Assembly (NCBI GenBank): GCA_965216755.1
Contig: CBDCGL010000011.1
Coordinates: 4,789,306 to 4,853,305, forward strand
Source of the DNA: Alphaproteobacteria bacterium
GTDB lineage: Bacteria; Pseudomonadota; Alphaproteobacteria; UBA7887
Length of the DNA stretch: 64,000 nt
Reading direction: 5' to 3'
Of this stretch, positions 31,958 through 41,688 are shown piece by piece (within the stretch, counting starts at the first letter, position 1; every line of letters begins with the position of its first letter). Both the position numbers and the translations under genes were made by a program. The notes beneath the pieces are model-generated. The model saw only the letters and a list, made by a program, of their open reading frames with translations, had not been told where the DNA came from and did not search any database.

Positions 31958-33010
31958 CTATGGTGTCAAAACGATCCGTCCTACGACGCGGCCATTTTTT
32001 AGATCATCGAGAGCCTGGTTGGCTTCTGACAGGTCGCGTGTCTGGATCGGCAGTGCCGGCACCTTGCCGGCCTTGACCAAGGCCATAAGCTCATGCATTT
32101 CCGCCAGCGTGCCCACATAGGACCCACGTACCGTCATTGCCTTGAGGGGGAACATTGCCAGCGAAATCGGCAGGGCATCTCCATAAAGGCCGACGATAAT
32201 ATGACTGCCGCCCCGTCGCAAAACGTCGATGCCGTAGCGCGAGGTGGGCGGCATACCGACAAAGTCGATTGTAGCCAGGGCACCGCCATTGGTCATGTCC
32301 ATGGTCACTCGAACGGCGTCGCTATCACCATTGTCGATCACCGCGTCCGCGCCGCCAGACAGGGCCGCATCGCGTTTGCTGGCGTCGATATCGGCGACGA
32401 TTACTTTGGCCTGCAGCACCGACTTGGCTAAATGGACCGCATTGAGACCGACGCCGCCGGCGCCGATAATGACAACCGAATCTTCGGCGCCATGCGCGGG
32501 CACCTTTTTCAACGCGCTGTATGCGGTGATCCCAGAACATGCGTACGTGCAAGCAAGTTCTTTCGCAATTCCCGTGTAGTCGATCAAGTATTTGGGGCGG
32601 GGAATGATCACGTGATCGCTATATCCGCCGTCGACCCGCGCGCCGATCGATTTCGGGGCATTGCACAAGTTGTCTAGGCCTTGTGCGCACATGTCACATT
32701 GCCCGCAGCCGATCCACGGAAACACGATCCGCTTGTCGCCGACCGACACGCCTTCGACTTCGGGCCCGACAGCCGCAACTTCGCCGACGACCTCATGTCC
32801 TAGCGTGAACGGCAAACCCACGCCGCGATCCGCTAGGGTTATCTTTTGGCCGTTGCCGAGATCAAAATAACCAGACCAGATATGAAGATCGCTGTGGCAT
32901 ACGCCGCACGCGTCTACGCGCACCAGAACCTGGGTCCCTTGCGGGTCAGGTGTCGGCAATTGTCGGGGTTCGAGCGGTTTTCCCCATTCGGTGATTTGGT
33001 AGCTCTGCAT
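31958..33010 (-). CDS. Zn-dependent alcohol dehydrogenase (MDR)
   Basis: CGVCHSD, GHEVVG, CGQCDMC..C, GAGGVG. Confidence 0.93.
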   Translation of the reverse strand: MQSYQITEWGKPLEPRQLPTPDPQGTQVLVRVDACGVCHSDLHIWSGYFDLGNGQKITLADRGVGLPFTLGHEVVGEVAAVGPEVEGVSVGDKRIVFPWIGCGQCDMCAQGLDNLCNAPKSIGARVDGGYSDHVIIPRPKYLIDYTGIAKELACTYACSGITAYSALKKVPAHGAEDSVVIIGAGGVGLNAVHLAKSVLQAKVIVADIDASKRDAALSGGADAVIDNGDSDAVRVTMDMTNGGALATIDFVGMPPTSRYGIDVLRRGGSHIIVGLYGDALPISLAMFPLKAMTVRGSYVGTLAEMHELMALVKAGKVPALPIQTRDLSEANQALDDLKNGRVVGRIVLTP

Positions 33011-33264
33011 GGCGTGCCTCGTCGTTTGGCGCATGGTGTCGATCTAACTTGTACCGTATCACGGCGTCGCGAAGATGCCAGATCAAACGAGAACCTGGTT
33101 CTAAGTCCAGATACCGCGGAGCCGCAGTTCGTCGCGCTCTCGCATGATTGAATAGGCAAGCAGTTTTGTCGGGCATTCTTCAAACGCCAATGGATTTTTG
33201 GACCTGGCCAGGTAAACTTTGGCTGGATGGCCGCCGGGCGGCGCGCAGAAAATGGAGGATCCCA

Positions 33265-34233
33265 ATGGGCATGCGCTGGATTTGCAAGGGCTCTGCGATG
33301 GCATTGGCAATTGCCGTCATGTGTGGCGCGTCCATTGGGGCGCCCGTTCGGGCCGAATCCATTCTGTTCATGAGCGGTCCCGCTGGTGGGACCTGGTTTC
33401 CGCTGGCCGGCGCCTTCAAACAGCTCTTGGAGGAGGAAATCGAGGGCCTGTCGGTTACGGTACGGCCGGGAGCCGGGTTGATAAATATCAAAGGTATAGC
33501 TGCCGGGAAGGCGCATATTGCCTGGGGCAATGTAATCTCGACCGTCGATGCCGTCGATGGGCGGCCGCCGTTTGGTGATCCGGTGGCGGATTTGTGCAAT
33601 GTTGCGGCTTTGTACCAGCAAGTCATGCAAATACCGGTGACCGACCTTGCGATTTCCACCGTCGGGGAATTGCGGGGCAAAGCCTTGGCGACGTTGCCGC
33701 GCGGCAACACGACCGAAGTCGCGGCGCAATCGGTCCTGTCCATTTTCGGGCTGAGTTATGACGACCTTGGCAAAATCAACTTTGCGTCCATCACCGATCA
33801 GGTCAACATGATGAAGGACGGCCAGATCGACAGCATGGTCCTGGTCAGTTCTGTCCCTGCCGGTGGGTTGATGGACCTATCGACCTCGCGCAAAATGCGC
33901 CTTCTGGAAATTCCCGACGCGGAGTTGGGCAAACTTCGTGAACTCAACGCGGGTTGGACGCGGATTACAATTCCATCTGGCACCTATCGCGGTCAGGAAA
34001 CCGAGATCCAAACCGTTGCATATCCGATGCACTTGATGGCCAGTTGTTCGAATGTTTCCGAGCAGCTGGGTTACGACATCACCCGTGTCATCGTGGAACG
34101 TGGCGGCGAACTGGCTGCGGTGACGAGCACCATGAGCGGCTATGGTCTGGACATGGCATCAACCGATGTTGGCTTGGCCTATCATCCGGGTGCGCGCCGC
34201 TACTTTGTCGAGCACGGTGCGATAGTCGAATAG
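33265..34233 (+). CDS. TAXI-family TRAP solute-binding protein
   Basis: GGAGG RBS; SGPAGGTWF, GAGLIN, YHPGARRYF. Confidence 0.9.
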   Translation: MGMRWICKGSAMALAIAVMCGASIGAPVRAESILFMSGPAGGTWFPLAGAFKQLLEEEIEGLSVTVRPGAGLINIKGIAAGKAHIAWGNVISTVDAVDGRPPFGDPVADLCNVAALYQQVMQIPVTDLAISTVGELRGKALATLPRGNTTEVAAQSVLSIFGLSYDDLGKINFASITDQVNMMKDGQIDSMVLVSSVPAGGLMDLSTSRKMRLLEIPDAELGKLRELNAGWTRITIPSGTYRGQETEIQTVAYPMHLMASCSNVSEQLGYDITRVIVERGGELAAVTSTMSGYGLDMASTDVGLAYHPGARRYFVEHGAIVE

Positions 34234-34289
34234 GACCGCGGAAATCTGCGCTGGACGAGAGCCACCGCAAAAGGGAAGCCGCAGAAAGT

Positions 34290-36161
34290 ATGGGCTCCTT
34301 TGCCATCTTGATATCGTTGCTGAGCAAGCGCGCTTCCGCGGCCATCGCCCTCGCGATGGCAGTGTACCACTTATACGTGGTTATCGTCGGCGTGCCGGAG
34401 ATCATCTATTTTCGCGGCAGCCATCTGCTCTTTGCTTTGGTCCTGATTTTCTGGTGGTTTCCAACTCAGCCGAACTGGCATGGCTGGGCCAACTCACTAA
34501 CCAGCGTTGTCCCGCTCGGGTTTGCGATCGCCAGCATCGGTTATCTGTTTGTCAATCACGACTACGTTCTCGACCGTTTTGCCTACGTCGATGAGCCGAC
34601 CACGGCCGATTACATTCTGGGTACCGCGCTCATAGTGGTAACGCTCGAGGCGACACGCCGTGTGATTGGCTTGGCGCTGCCGCTGACGGCCCTGTTTTTT
34701 CTGGCCTATGCGATTGTTTATGAGGCCATCGACTACAGCCAAATTATCGATCAGATGTATCTCACCACCGAAGGCATTTTCGGCATCCCGCTGAACGTGT
34801 CGGCGACATACATGGTTTTGTTCATTCTTTTCGGCGCCTATGTCGATCGCTCCGGCACGGGTAAGCTATTTATGGACCTGGCGATGGCCTTGGCTGGCGC
34901 GGCGGCCGGCGGGCCGGCGAAAGTGGCGTGTGCGACGAGCGCCCTGTTTGGTACAATTTCCGGGTCGTCGACCGCTAATGTCATGACCACGGGCAGTTTC
35001 ACGATCCCCATGATGAAGCGGATCGGCTATCGCCCGGCGTTCGCCGGTGCGGTCGAAGCTGTGGCCTCGACCGGCGGTCAAATTATGCCGCCGATCATGG
35101 GTGCGGCCGCGTTCGTCATGGCGGAATTTCTCGCGGTGAGTTACGTCACCGTTATCTCGATCGCGGCAATTCCCGCTATTCTTTATTTCGTGGCAGTGTT
35201 TTTCGCCGTGCACTTTGAAGCAAAGCGCACTGGCCTCACGGGACTACCACGTGCGGAGCTGCCGCGTGCTTGGACTGTTTTGCGCGCGCGTGGTCACCAG
35301 TTCATTCCTTTGCTGGTGATTGTCGGCTTTCTTGTTGCCGGTTTTAGCCCGCCTTACGCGGCTTTGTGCGGTTTGCTGTCCGTGTTCCCGGTCGCGATGC
35401 TCACGCGCGAGACTCGTCGTGGTTTGTCCGTGGGCACGGTCGTCGAAGCGACGATTCAAGGTATTCGCAACATGTTGTCTGTAGCGGCGGCATGCGCCTG
35501 TGCGGGTATCGTGATCGGTGTCATCTCGCTCACCGGGGTGGGGGTCGACTTCTCTCAGTTTGTCGTATCTTTGTCGCAGGACACGATGGTATTGGCACTG
35601 ATTTTGACTGCTGTCGCCGGCATCATACTCGGTATGGGATTGCCAACGACGCCGGCCTATATCGTCCAAGTTGCATTGTTGGTGCCGGCCTTGGCGAAAC
35701 TAGGCGTTCAAGTCGAAGCAGCCCATTTGTTCGTGTTTTATTTTGCAATTCTTTCAGTCATTACGCCACCCGTGGCGATTTCTCTTTACGCAGCGAATGG
35801 CCTCTCGGGTGCGGGATTGTGGGAATCCGGTATTGCCGCTGTCAAATTGGCGGCGACCGGTTACATCATACCGTTCATGTTTGTCTACGGTCCCTCGTTG
35901 ATGTTGATCGGCACGGTCAGCGAAGTAATGGCCACTGTATCCACCGCACTCATCGGTGTTGTGTGCTTGGCCGCGGCGTTACATGGCTATCTTTTTGTCG
36001 TATCTCATATGTGGGAACGGATAATTTTATTTGCCGCTGCAATTGCACTCATCAAACCCGGTCTTGAAACGGATATCGCGGGGCTTGCGGCCGTCGTTTT
36101 GGTCGGCGTTGGCCAACGTATGGCCGTCGCACGCCGACAGAGGTCCCAGGTTCGTTCTTAG
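34290..36161 (+). CDS. TRAP fused 4TM/12TM permease
   Basis: EAVASTGGQIMPPIMGAAAF, ILGMGLPTTPAY, ITPPVA. Confidence 0.93.
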   Translation: MGSFAILISLLSKRASAAIALAMAVYHLYVVIVGVPEIIYFRGSHLLFALVLIFWWFPTQPNWHGWANSLTSVVPLGFAIASIGYLFVNHDYVLDRFAYVDEPTTADYILGTALIVVTLEATRRVIGLALPLTALFFLAYAIVYEAIDYSQIIDQMYLTTEGIFGIPLNVSATYMVLFILFGAYVDRSGTGKLFMDLAMALAGAAAGGPAKVACATSALFGTISGSSTANVMTTGSFTIPMMKRIGYRPAFAGAVEAVASTGGQIMPPIMGAAAFVMAEFLAVSYVTVISIAAIPAILYFVAVFFAVHFEAKRTGLTGLPRAELPRAWTVLRARGHQFIPLLVIVGFLVAGFSPPYAALCGLLSVFPVAMLTRETRRGLSVGTVVEATIQGIRNMLSVAAACACAGIVIGVISLTGVGVDFSQFVVSLSQDTMVLALILTAVAGIILGMGLPTTPAYIVQVALLVPALAKLGVQVEAAHLFVFYFAILSVITPPVAISLYAANGLSGAGLWESGIAAVKLAATGYIIPFMFVYGPSLMLIGTVSEVMATVSTALIGVVCLAAALHGYLFVVSHMWERIILFAAAIALIKPGLETDIAGLAAVVLVGVGQRMAVARRQRSQVRS

Positions 36162-36542
36162 GTTTGAGAGCGTTCGGGGGCGGCTAATGATAAACGCCCG
36201 CGGTCGCGAAAGCTCGGCGTTCCACTTAACCTGCTCAAATTAAATTGCAACATAATAAATAGCGTTAAATATTCGTGCGCACGGGACGTATCGAAGGTCC
36301 GCCGTGTATTGAGACTTGCACGTGAATTGACCAAAATACGTTCGCAAGCATTCGCGCAAATATGCGGCAAATAAAAGCCAAATCTCATTAAACCCGAATA
36401 ATCGATCGTGTCGGCGGATTTGCGCTTGAAACTGGAGCCACTCCGACCATTTTCACAATAATCTGGCCAGAAAGTGCAGCAATCACTGCACTGCGCCCCT
36501 AGGTTCTGCCCCCCAACGTGATACCTAGGGGCGCTCTGCGTT

Positions 36543-36648
36543 CTAGAGCATTTCACGCTCACATGCGTTCGCATGACATGCTCTATCTATCTGATATCGA
36601 TCAATTTAACTTCGTTCAAACGACTCTGTTTGAGCGAAGGTTGATCTA
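36543..36648 (+). repeat. About 105-bp dispersed palindromic repeat (CTAGAGCAT... start, two hairpins)
   Basis: Internal IRs agagcat..atgctct and cttcgttcaaac..gtttgagcgaag; other copies at 31517 and, partially, 4473-4496. Confidence 0.8.
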
Positions 36649-36710
36649 ATGCTGGCATCGCGGTGCGTCGCCTGGTATGCAAGCGCCGCTTGTGAATGCG
36701 AGGAAAAAAA

Positions 36711-36821
36711 ATGGCCAATCAAGACGCAAGTAAAGATAGCAGTCTGATCTGGGTGACCATGGCAACGCTCGTTTTCGGGGTCGTCGCGGTTTACCTTATA
36801 TCGTTGGCGTTAGGTGGTTAG
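36711..36821 (+). CDS. 36-aa single-TM small protein
   Basis: GAGG RBS; MANQDASKDSSLIWVTMATLVFGVVAVYLISLALGG*. Confidence 0.55.
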   Translation: MANQDASKDSSLIWVTMATLVFGVVAVYLISLALGG

Positions 36822-36885
36822 TCAGGGCCTATGAATGGCCTGCCCGATGAGACGGCAATGTTGGGCGGCACCGACGCCGTGACGC

Positions 36886-37980
36886 CTAGCTAGACCGATG
36901 TGCGGCCAGTATTTGGGGATCTGGGTCGATGCCGAGACCTGGTCCACGAGGCAGCGGGATCATGCCGTCGACCGGGTCCACTGCGTCGCCATAGAGGCTG
37001 GCGCCGAGGTCGACATAGAGCCGTTCAACGAGTTTCTCGCTCGCGCCAGCCGCGACGGCGTGTAACGTGGCGAGAAATCCCGGGCCGAAATACGGTGCGT
37101 GCGGGACGACCCGAACATTGGCGGTATCCGCCAGCGCAAAGATTTTGCGTAGTTCGGTGAGCCCGCCGACCTTGGTCACGCTCGGTTGCGCGATGTCGAC
37201 TGCACCGGCTTCGAACATCGACGCAAATTGCCAAGATGTGCACGCGTTTTCGCCGCTGGCGATACGTGTTCCGGTTGTGGCGCGGATTTCCGCCAAGCAT
37301 GCCACGTTTTCCGGAGGCCAAACCGGCTCTTCCAGCCAGTAAAGGTCGGATGGCAATAGCGCTTCGGCCATTTCAAGCGCTTCGTGCGGCGACCAGGCGC
37401 AATTGACATCCACCATCAGAGGCACGTCGTGACCGGCGGCGTCCCGTGCCGCTTCCACCGGCGCGACTGTTGTTTCGTGGAGTTTAACGTAGCGATAGCC
37501 TCTATCGCAGGCCTCACCGGTCAGGCGGGAAACCAGATCCGGATCACCATAACGCAGTAGGCTGGCATAGGCTGGAATGGCCTCGCAACGTGCGCCGCCC
37601 AGCAAGCGATGCACAGGTTGGCCCGCCACTTTGCCTGCAATGTCCCATAGCGCAATGTCGAGCCCGCTGAGTGCAAAGATCGTAATGCCATAGCGGCCGA
37701 AAATGTGCAGCTTTAGTTGGAGCTCATCCATCAGTTCGCCGATGGCCAACGGATCGCGGCCAATCACCAATGGTGCGACCATGGCATCGATGGCGGCCCG
37801 AGTCGCCGGGATCGCGTTATAGCCAAACGCCTCGCCATAGCCGGTCACGCCCGCATCCGTTTCGACACGAACTAGGAGATACTCCAAGTTCGTCCAATCC
37901 TTACCGCCAAAACCTGTTGGCGGGCCGCCATGACTGAAGGGCAGGGTGACCGGTATCGTCTCGACTTTGGTGATCTTCAT
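36886..37980 (-). CDS. Mandelate racemase/muconate lactonizing enzyme family
   Basis: DIALWDIAGK, LMVDVN, WLEEP, ASGEN, VVPH. Confidence 0.92.
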   Translation of the reverse strand: MKITKVETIPVTLPFSHGGPPTGFGGKDWTNLEYLLVRVETDAGVTGYGEAFGYNAIPATRAAIDAMVAPLVIGRDPLAIGELMDELQLKLHIFGRYGITIFALSGLDIALWDIAGKVAGQPVHRLLGGARCEAIPAYASLLRYGDPDLVSRLTGEACDRGYRYVKLHETTVAPVEAARDAAGHDVPLMVDVNCAWSPHEALEMAEALLPSDLYWLEEPVWPPENVACLAEIRATTGTRIASGENACTSWQFASMFEAGAVDIAQPSVTKVGGLTELRKIFALADTANVRVVPHAPYFGPGFLATLHAVAAGASEKLVERLYVDLGASLYGDAVDPVDGMIPLPRGPGLGIDPDPQILAAHRSS

Positions 37981-38012
37981 CTAAGTTCCCCGTCAATTCC
38001 GCACGGAGGGCT

Positions 38013-38795
38013 CTAGCCGTTGCCGGACCTATGGCGGGCGAACTCTTGCGCCAGCGCGTCGGCTCCGGCCCTCAGCACGCCGACGTCGGCGCCGACGGCG
38101 ACAAATGTGAATCCCATTTCAAGATAGCGATGCGCATCATCGATCACGGGCGCAAGAATTCCTGCCGGCATGCTCATGGCTTTGCAGCGATCCACGGTAT
38201 TGGCGATCGCGTCTTGTACCACTGGATGTGCCGCATCCCCTAGATGGCCGAGATCCGCGGCTAGGTCCGAAGGGCCAATAAATACGCCATCGATGCCGTC
38301 CACAGCACAAATGGCTTCGAGCTCACTCAAGGCGCCTCGGGTCTCAAGTTGGACCAGAAGGCATATCGCGTCGTTGGCGGTCGCGAAGTAGTCCGCAACA
38401 CGGCCGTAGTTGTTGGCCCGAGTCGAAACTGCGACGCCCCGCACGCCACTTGGGGGATAGCGGGTTTGCCGCACAGCTTGTCGCGCTTCGTCGGCATTCT
38501 GGACAAATGGCACCAGCAAGCTGTGCGCACCGATATCCAAGAGTTTCTTGAACTGGATTTGATCATTCCACGCAGGCCGCACGACGGCTGTCGCCGGTCC
38601 CGCATTGAGGACTTGAAGCTGCGCCAACACATTGCTGTGATCGTTTGGCGCATGTTCCGCATCAACGACAATCCAATCAAATCCCGACTCCAAAAGAACG
38701 TTGCAGACGATCGGGCTGGCGAGGCTTGCCCAAAACCCGATTTGTTTTTGTCCGTTCTTGATCGCGTGTTTGAAGCTATTTTCTGCGATTGGCAT
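38013..38795 (-). CDS. HpcH/HpaI class II pyruvate aldolase (GarL/RhmA-like)
   Basis: DAEHAP, VVRP, QLET, FIGPSDL. Confidence 0.92.
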   Translation of the reverse strand: MPIAENSFKHAIKNGQKQIGFWASLASPIVCNVLLESGFDWIVVDAEHAPNDHSNVLAQLQVLNAGPATAVVRPAWNDQIQFKKLLDIGAHSLLVPFVQNADEARQAVRQTRYPPSGVRGVAVSTRANNYGRVADYFATANDAICLLVQLETRGALSELEAICAVDGIDGVFIGPSDLAADLGHLGDAAHPVVQDAIANTVDRCKAMSMPAGILAPVIDDAHRYLEMGFTFVAVGADVGVLRAGADALAQEFARHRSGNG

Positions 38796-38873
38796 ATTTC
38801 TCTCTCAACTTTTTGCGTCTGCTTCCGGGCGGAAGGTCGCTCAAAACCCGAGTCTTGGAGCGGTTTGTCCGGC

Positions 38874-39266
38874 CTAATCAAGCGAAGGATCTGACAGTGT
38901 CAAACGGTCCAAGGTCCAGCAGCCGTCGTCGGCGTGATCGTCGCACGTCAACCGCAGTACAGCGAGGAAGTCGCTAACATTGCTCCCCGATCCGGATCGC
39001 GCGATCGTTCCTTGAATTGCCCAACGCCGGACGATAATCGAAAAGCGATCGCGCCTGGGGTGGATCGCCGTCACTTCGACCGTTGCAGCGCCTTGCGCCT
39101 CCTCCCGGGCACGAACGTGATATTCGCCGACGACGCGAATGCGTTCGACGTCGGGGCCACTTTCATTCAACATATCGCGCACATAGGTTGCGCCGCCGAC
39201 AATCGCGACCAGCAAGACAAGGACCAAAAGGCAACCGGGCAGCGCGTAGTTCCGCCGTGGCACCAA
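38874..39266 (-). CDS. Hypothetical membrane-anchored protein
   Basis: GGAGG RBS, N-terminal TM, C-terminal Cys pair; lies inside the operon. Confidence 0.6.
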   Translation of the reverse strand: MVPRRNYALPGCLLVLVLLVAIVGGATYVRDMLNESGPDVERIRVVGEYHVRAREEAQGAATVEVTAIHPRRDRFSIIVRRWAIQGTIARSGSGSNVSDFLAVLRLTCDDHADDGCWTLDRLTLSDPSLD

Positions 39267-39280
39267 CGCCTCCGTTCACT

Positions 39281-40969
39281 CTAACCCTGCATACGCGCCT
39301 CGGCTGTTGCGCGGATGGCATCCAACGTCGTGCGGGTCGTGATGATGTTTGGATCAGTGCGCAGTTCGATCACCGCGGCTTTTTTCGATGCGATCGCACG
39401 TTTCAGCGCGGACTCGAACTCGTCTGTACGCGTCACCGTTTCGCCGTGGGCGCCATAAGCCCGAGCCAGCGCCGCGAAGTCAGGATTGGTTAGGTCGGTC
39501 ATAATGGTTCGGCCAGGATATTCGCGTTCTTGATGCATGCGAATGGTGCCAAATATACCATTGTTGAAAACCAAAACGATGAGCGCGGCGCCGTGATGTA
39601 CAGCCGTGGCCAATTCTTGGCCATTCATCATATACCCGCCATCACCGACGAACGATACCACGGTTCGATCCGGCTTGGTTATTTTCGCGGCGACGCCCGC
39701 AGGAACGCTGTAGCCCATGGAACCCAGCGTCGGACCCAACTCGCTGTTGCCATGTCGAAACTGCCAATAGCGCTGGGGCCAGCCGCTAAAGTTCCCGGCA
39801 TCGACGGTGACGATCGTATCATCCGGCAAGATTTCCTGTAGGATTGTCATCACGTGGCCGAGGTCGAGTGGGCCATCTACGGGATCCCGCGCTTGGGTGG
39901 CCACGTAGTCGGCGCGCGCATCAGCAGCCCAGGCTTGCCATTTGCTGTCGAAGCGGATCGTCGCATTTGCCGCGCGGGCGAAAGCGGGCATGCCAGACTC
40001 AATGGCAAGATCCGGCTGATAGACTCGACCAAGTTCAGCCGCTTCAGGATAGACGTGGATCAGTCTTTGCTTGGGTGCTGGAACGGAAACTGTCGTATAG
40101 CCACGTGTGGTCATCTCGCCAAGCCGGGCCCCAACGACCAATAGCAGATCAGCATCCTTGACCCGCTTGACCAGGTTTGGGTCAACGCTTGCGCTGAGAT
40201 CGCCGATATAGAGTGGATCGGTATTGTCGAACAAATCCTGGCGTCGAAACGAGACGCAAGTGGGCAACCCATTCGTTTTTGCAAACCCGGCGATGTCGGC
40301 GCGGGCGGCCGCGGTCCAGCCACTGCCGCCGAGCACCATGACCGGTCGTTCGGCGGCCGCGAGAAGATCAGCCACGGCTGAGATCTGTTCTGGCCCAGGG
40401 TGCGCAGAAACGGCTTCATACGGTTTGCCATCTTCAACGACACATGTCTCGACGAGCACATCCTCGGGCAGAGCGACGACAACCGGTCCCCGGCGCCCGG
40501 ACATTGCCACGTGAAACGCTTTGTACATGATCTCTGGGATGCGCTGCGGATCATCGATTTGGTACGCGGCCTTGGCAATGGGAAACGCGAACATTTGACG
40601 ATAGTCGATTTCTTGAAATGCTTCGCGTCCCATCATTTGGCGCGGTATTTGTCCGACCAGGAGAATAAAGGGGGTTGAGTCCTGCATGGCCGCGTGAACC
40701 CCAATTGACGCGTTGGTTGCACCGGGCCCGCGCGTCACAAAGCAGATGCCCGGTTTGCCGGTTAGCTTGCCATAGGCCTCGGCCATGAAACCCGCGCCGC
40801 CTTCCTGGCGACACGTAATGACTCGGATTTGATTGCGCGCTTCGTACAGGGCGTCTAGCGCGCCCAGATAACTCTCACCGGGAACGCCGAACACGGTATC
40901 AACACCATGAAGGCGCAGCGCATCCACCAGGATTTGCCCCCCTGTGCGGGCTGCAGCTTGCTGGGCCAC
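39281..40969 (-). CDS. ThDP-dependent enzyme, acetolactate synthase large subunit-like
   Basis: FGVPGES, CRQEGG, TRGPGATN, GDGGYMM..NN. Confidence 0.92.
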   Translation of the reverse strand: MAQQAAARTGGQILVDALRLHGVDTVFGVPGESYLGALDALYEARNQIRVITCRQEGGAGFMAEAYGKLTGKPGICFVTRGPGATNASIGVHAAMQDSTPFILLVGQIPRQMMGREAFQEIDYRQMFAFPIAKAAYQIDDPQRIPEIMYKAFHVAMSGRRGPVVVALPEDVLVETCVVEDGKPYEAVSAHPGPEQISAVADLLAAAERPVMVLGGSGWTAAARADIAGFAKTNGLPTCVSFRRQDLFDNTDPLYIGDLSASVDPNLVKRVKDADLLLVVGARLGEMTTRGYTTVSVPAPKQRLIHVYPEAAELGRVYQPDLAIESGMPAFARAANATIRFDSKWQAWAADARADYVATQARDPVDGPLDLGHVMTILQEILPDDTIVTVDAGNFSGWPQRYWQFRHGNSELGPTLGSMGYSVPAGVAAKITKPDRTVVSFVGDGGYMMNGQELATAVHHGAALIVLVFNNGIFGTIRMHQEREYPGRTIMTDLTNPDFAALARAYGAHGETVTRTDEFESALKRAIASKKAAVIELRTDPNIITTRTTLDAIRATAEARMQG

Positions 40970-41176
40970 GATTCACATCTCCAAAGCGGTTTTTTGGGAA
41001 ACCTAACCTAGCTAAGCCTGGTGGGCCAGTCGCAGTGCGTGATTTCGCGCGAAATTCTCGCCAAGAGACGAACCGCACCCGACCGGCTAATGCCGGTTCG
41101 AGTGCGCGCTCCAGTTGGGAGAGATCAAAAGGCACATGTCACTCGGCCCTGTATGCTTGGTACCACCAGCACCGAG

Positions 41177-41225
41177 CGTCATATACCATGATATATAATG
41201 GTGTTATATTTACTCGGATATAACG
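41177..41225. promoter_or_regulatory. Two tandem ModE-like operators
   Basis: CGTCATAT-N8-ATATAATG (41177-41200) and TGTTATAT-N8-ATATAACG (41202-41225). Confidence 0.6.
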
Positions 41226-41231
41226 GGGCCG

Positions 41232-41642
41232 TCAATCGGTTTCGTCGTCGTTGACTGAAGTTGCTTTGTTTGGTTCGATCGGCAGGGCGACCAGCAAGCT
41301 ACAGAACTCGACAAAGTCTTCTTTGACACTGTCGGCCGCTTTTTCCTGCATTCGATCGTATCGCGCCAGAACTTCATCGCCCATGGCGGTCACACTGGCG
41401 CCGCCGCCGCCCTTGCCGCCGGTCGCGGCGACCACGACAGGTTCTCGAAAGCAGCGGTTCATTGTGTCGACCAAAAGCCAAGCGCGCCGATATGACATAC
41501 CCATTTGCCGGGCGGCCGCCGAAATTGATCCGTGTCGTCGGATGGCGCGCAAAAGTGCAATCTTACCCGGACCGACGGCGATCTCCGGTCCAAACATAAC
41601 GCGCAGCCGCACGTCCTTCGGATCAGCCATGCGCGCCGGCAT
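41232..41642 (-). CDS. modE: Short ModE-family regulator (HTH only, no TOBE)
   Basis: GPGKIALL..GSISAAARQMGMSYRRAW..GGKGGGGA. Confidence 0.88.
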   Translation of the reverse strand: MPARMADPKDVRLRVMFGPEIAVGPGKIALLRAIRRHGSISAAARQMGMSYRRAWLLVDTMNRCFREPVVVAATGGKGGGGASVTAMGDEVLARYDRMQEKAADSVKEDFVEFCSLLVALPIEPNKATSVNDDETD

Positions 41643-41688
41643 CGTCGGTCCTAGTGGACCCGATCACGCGGACATCCAATTGCATCTG

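Noticed and set aside
33954-34289. Long N-terminal extensions in the ORF track (also 43966, 55754, 14450, 14896-15483)
   Set aside because: They overlap better-supported genes; typical GC-rich open-frame artefacts
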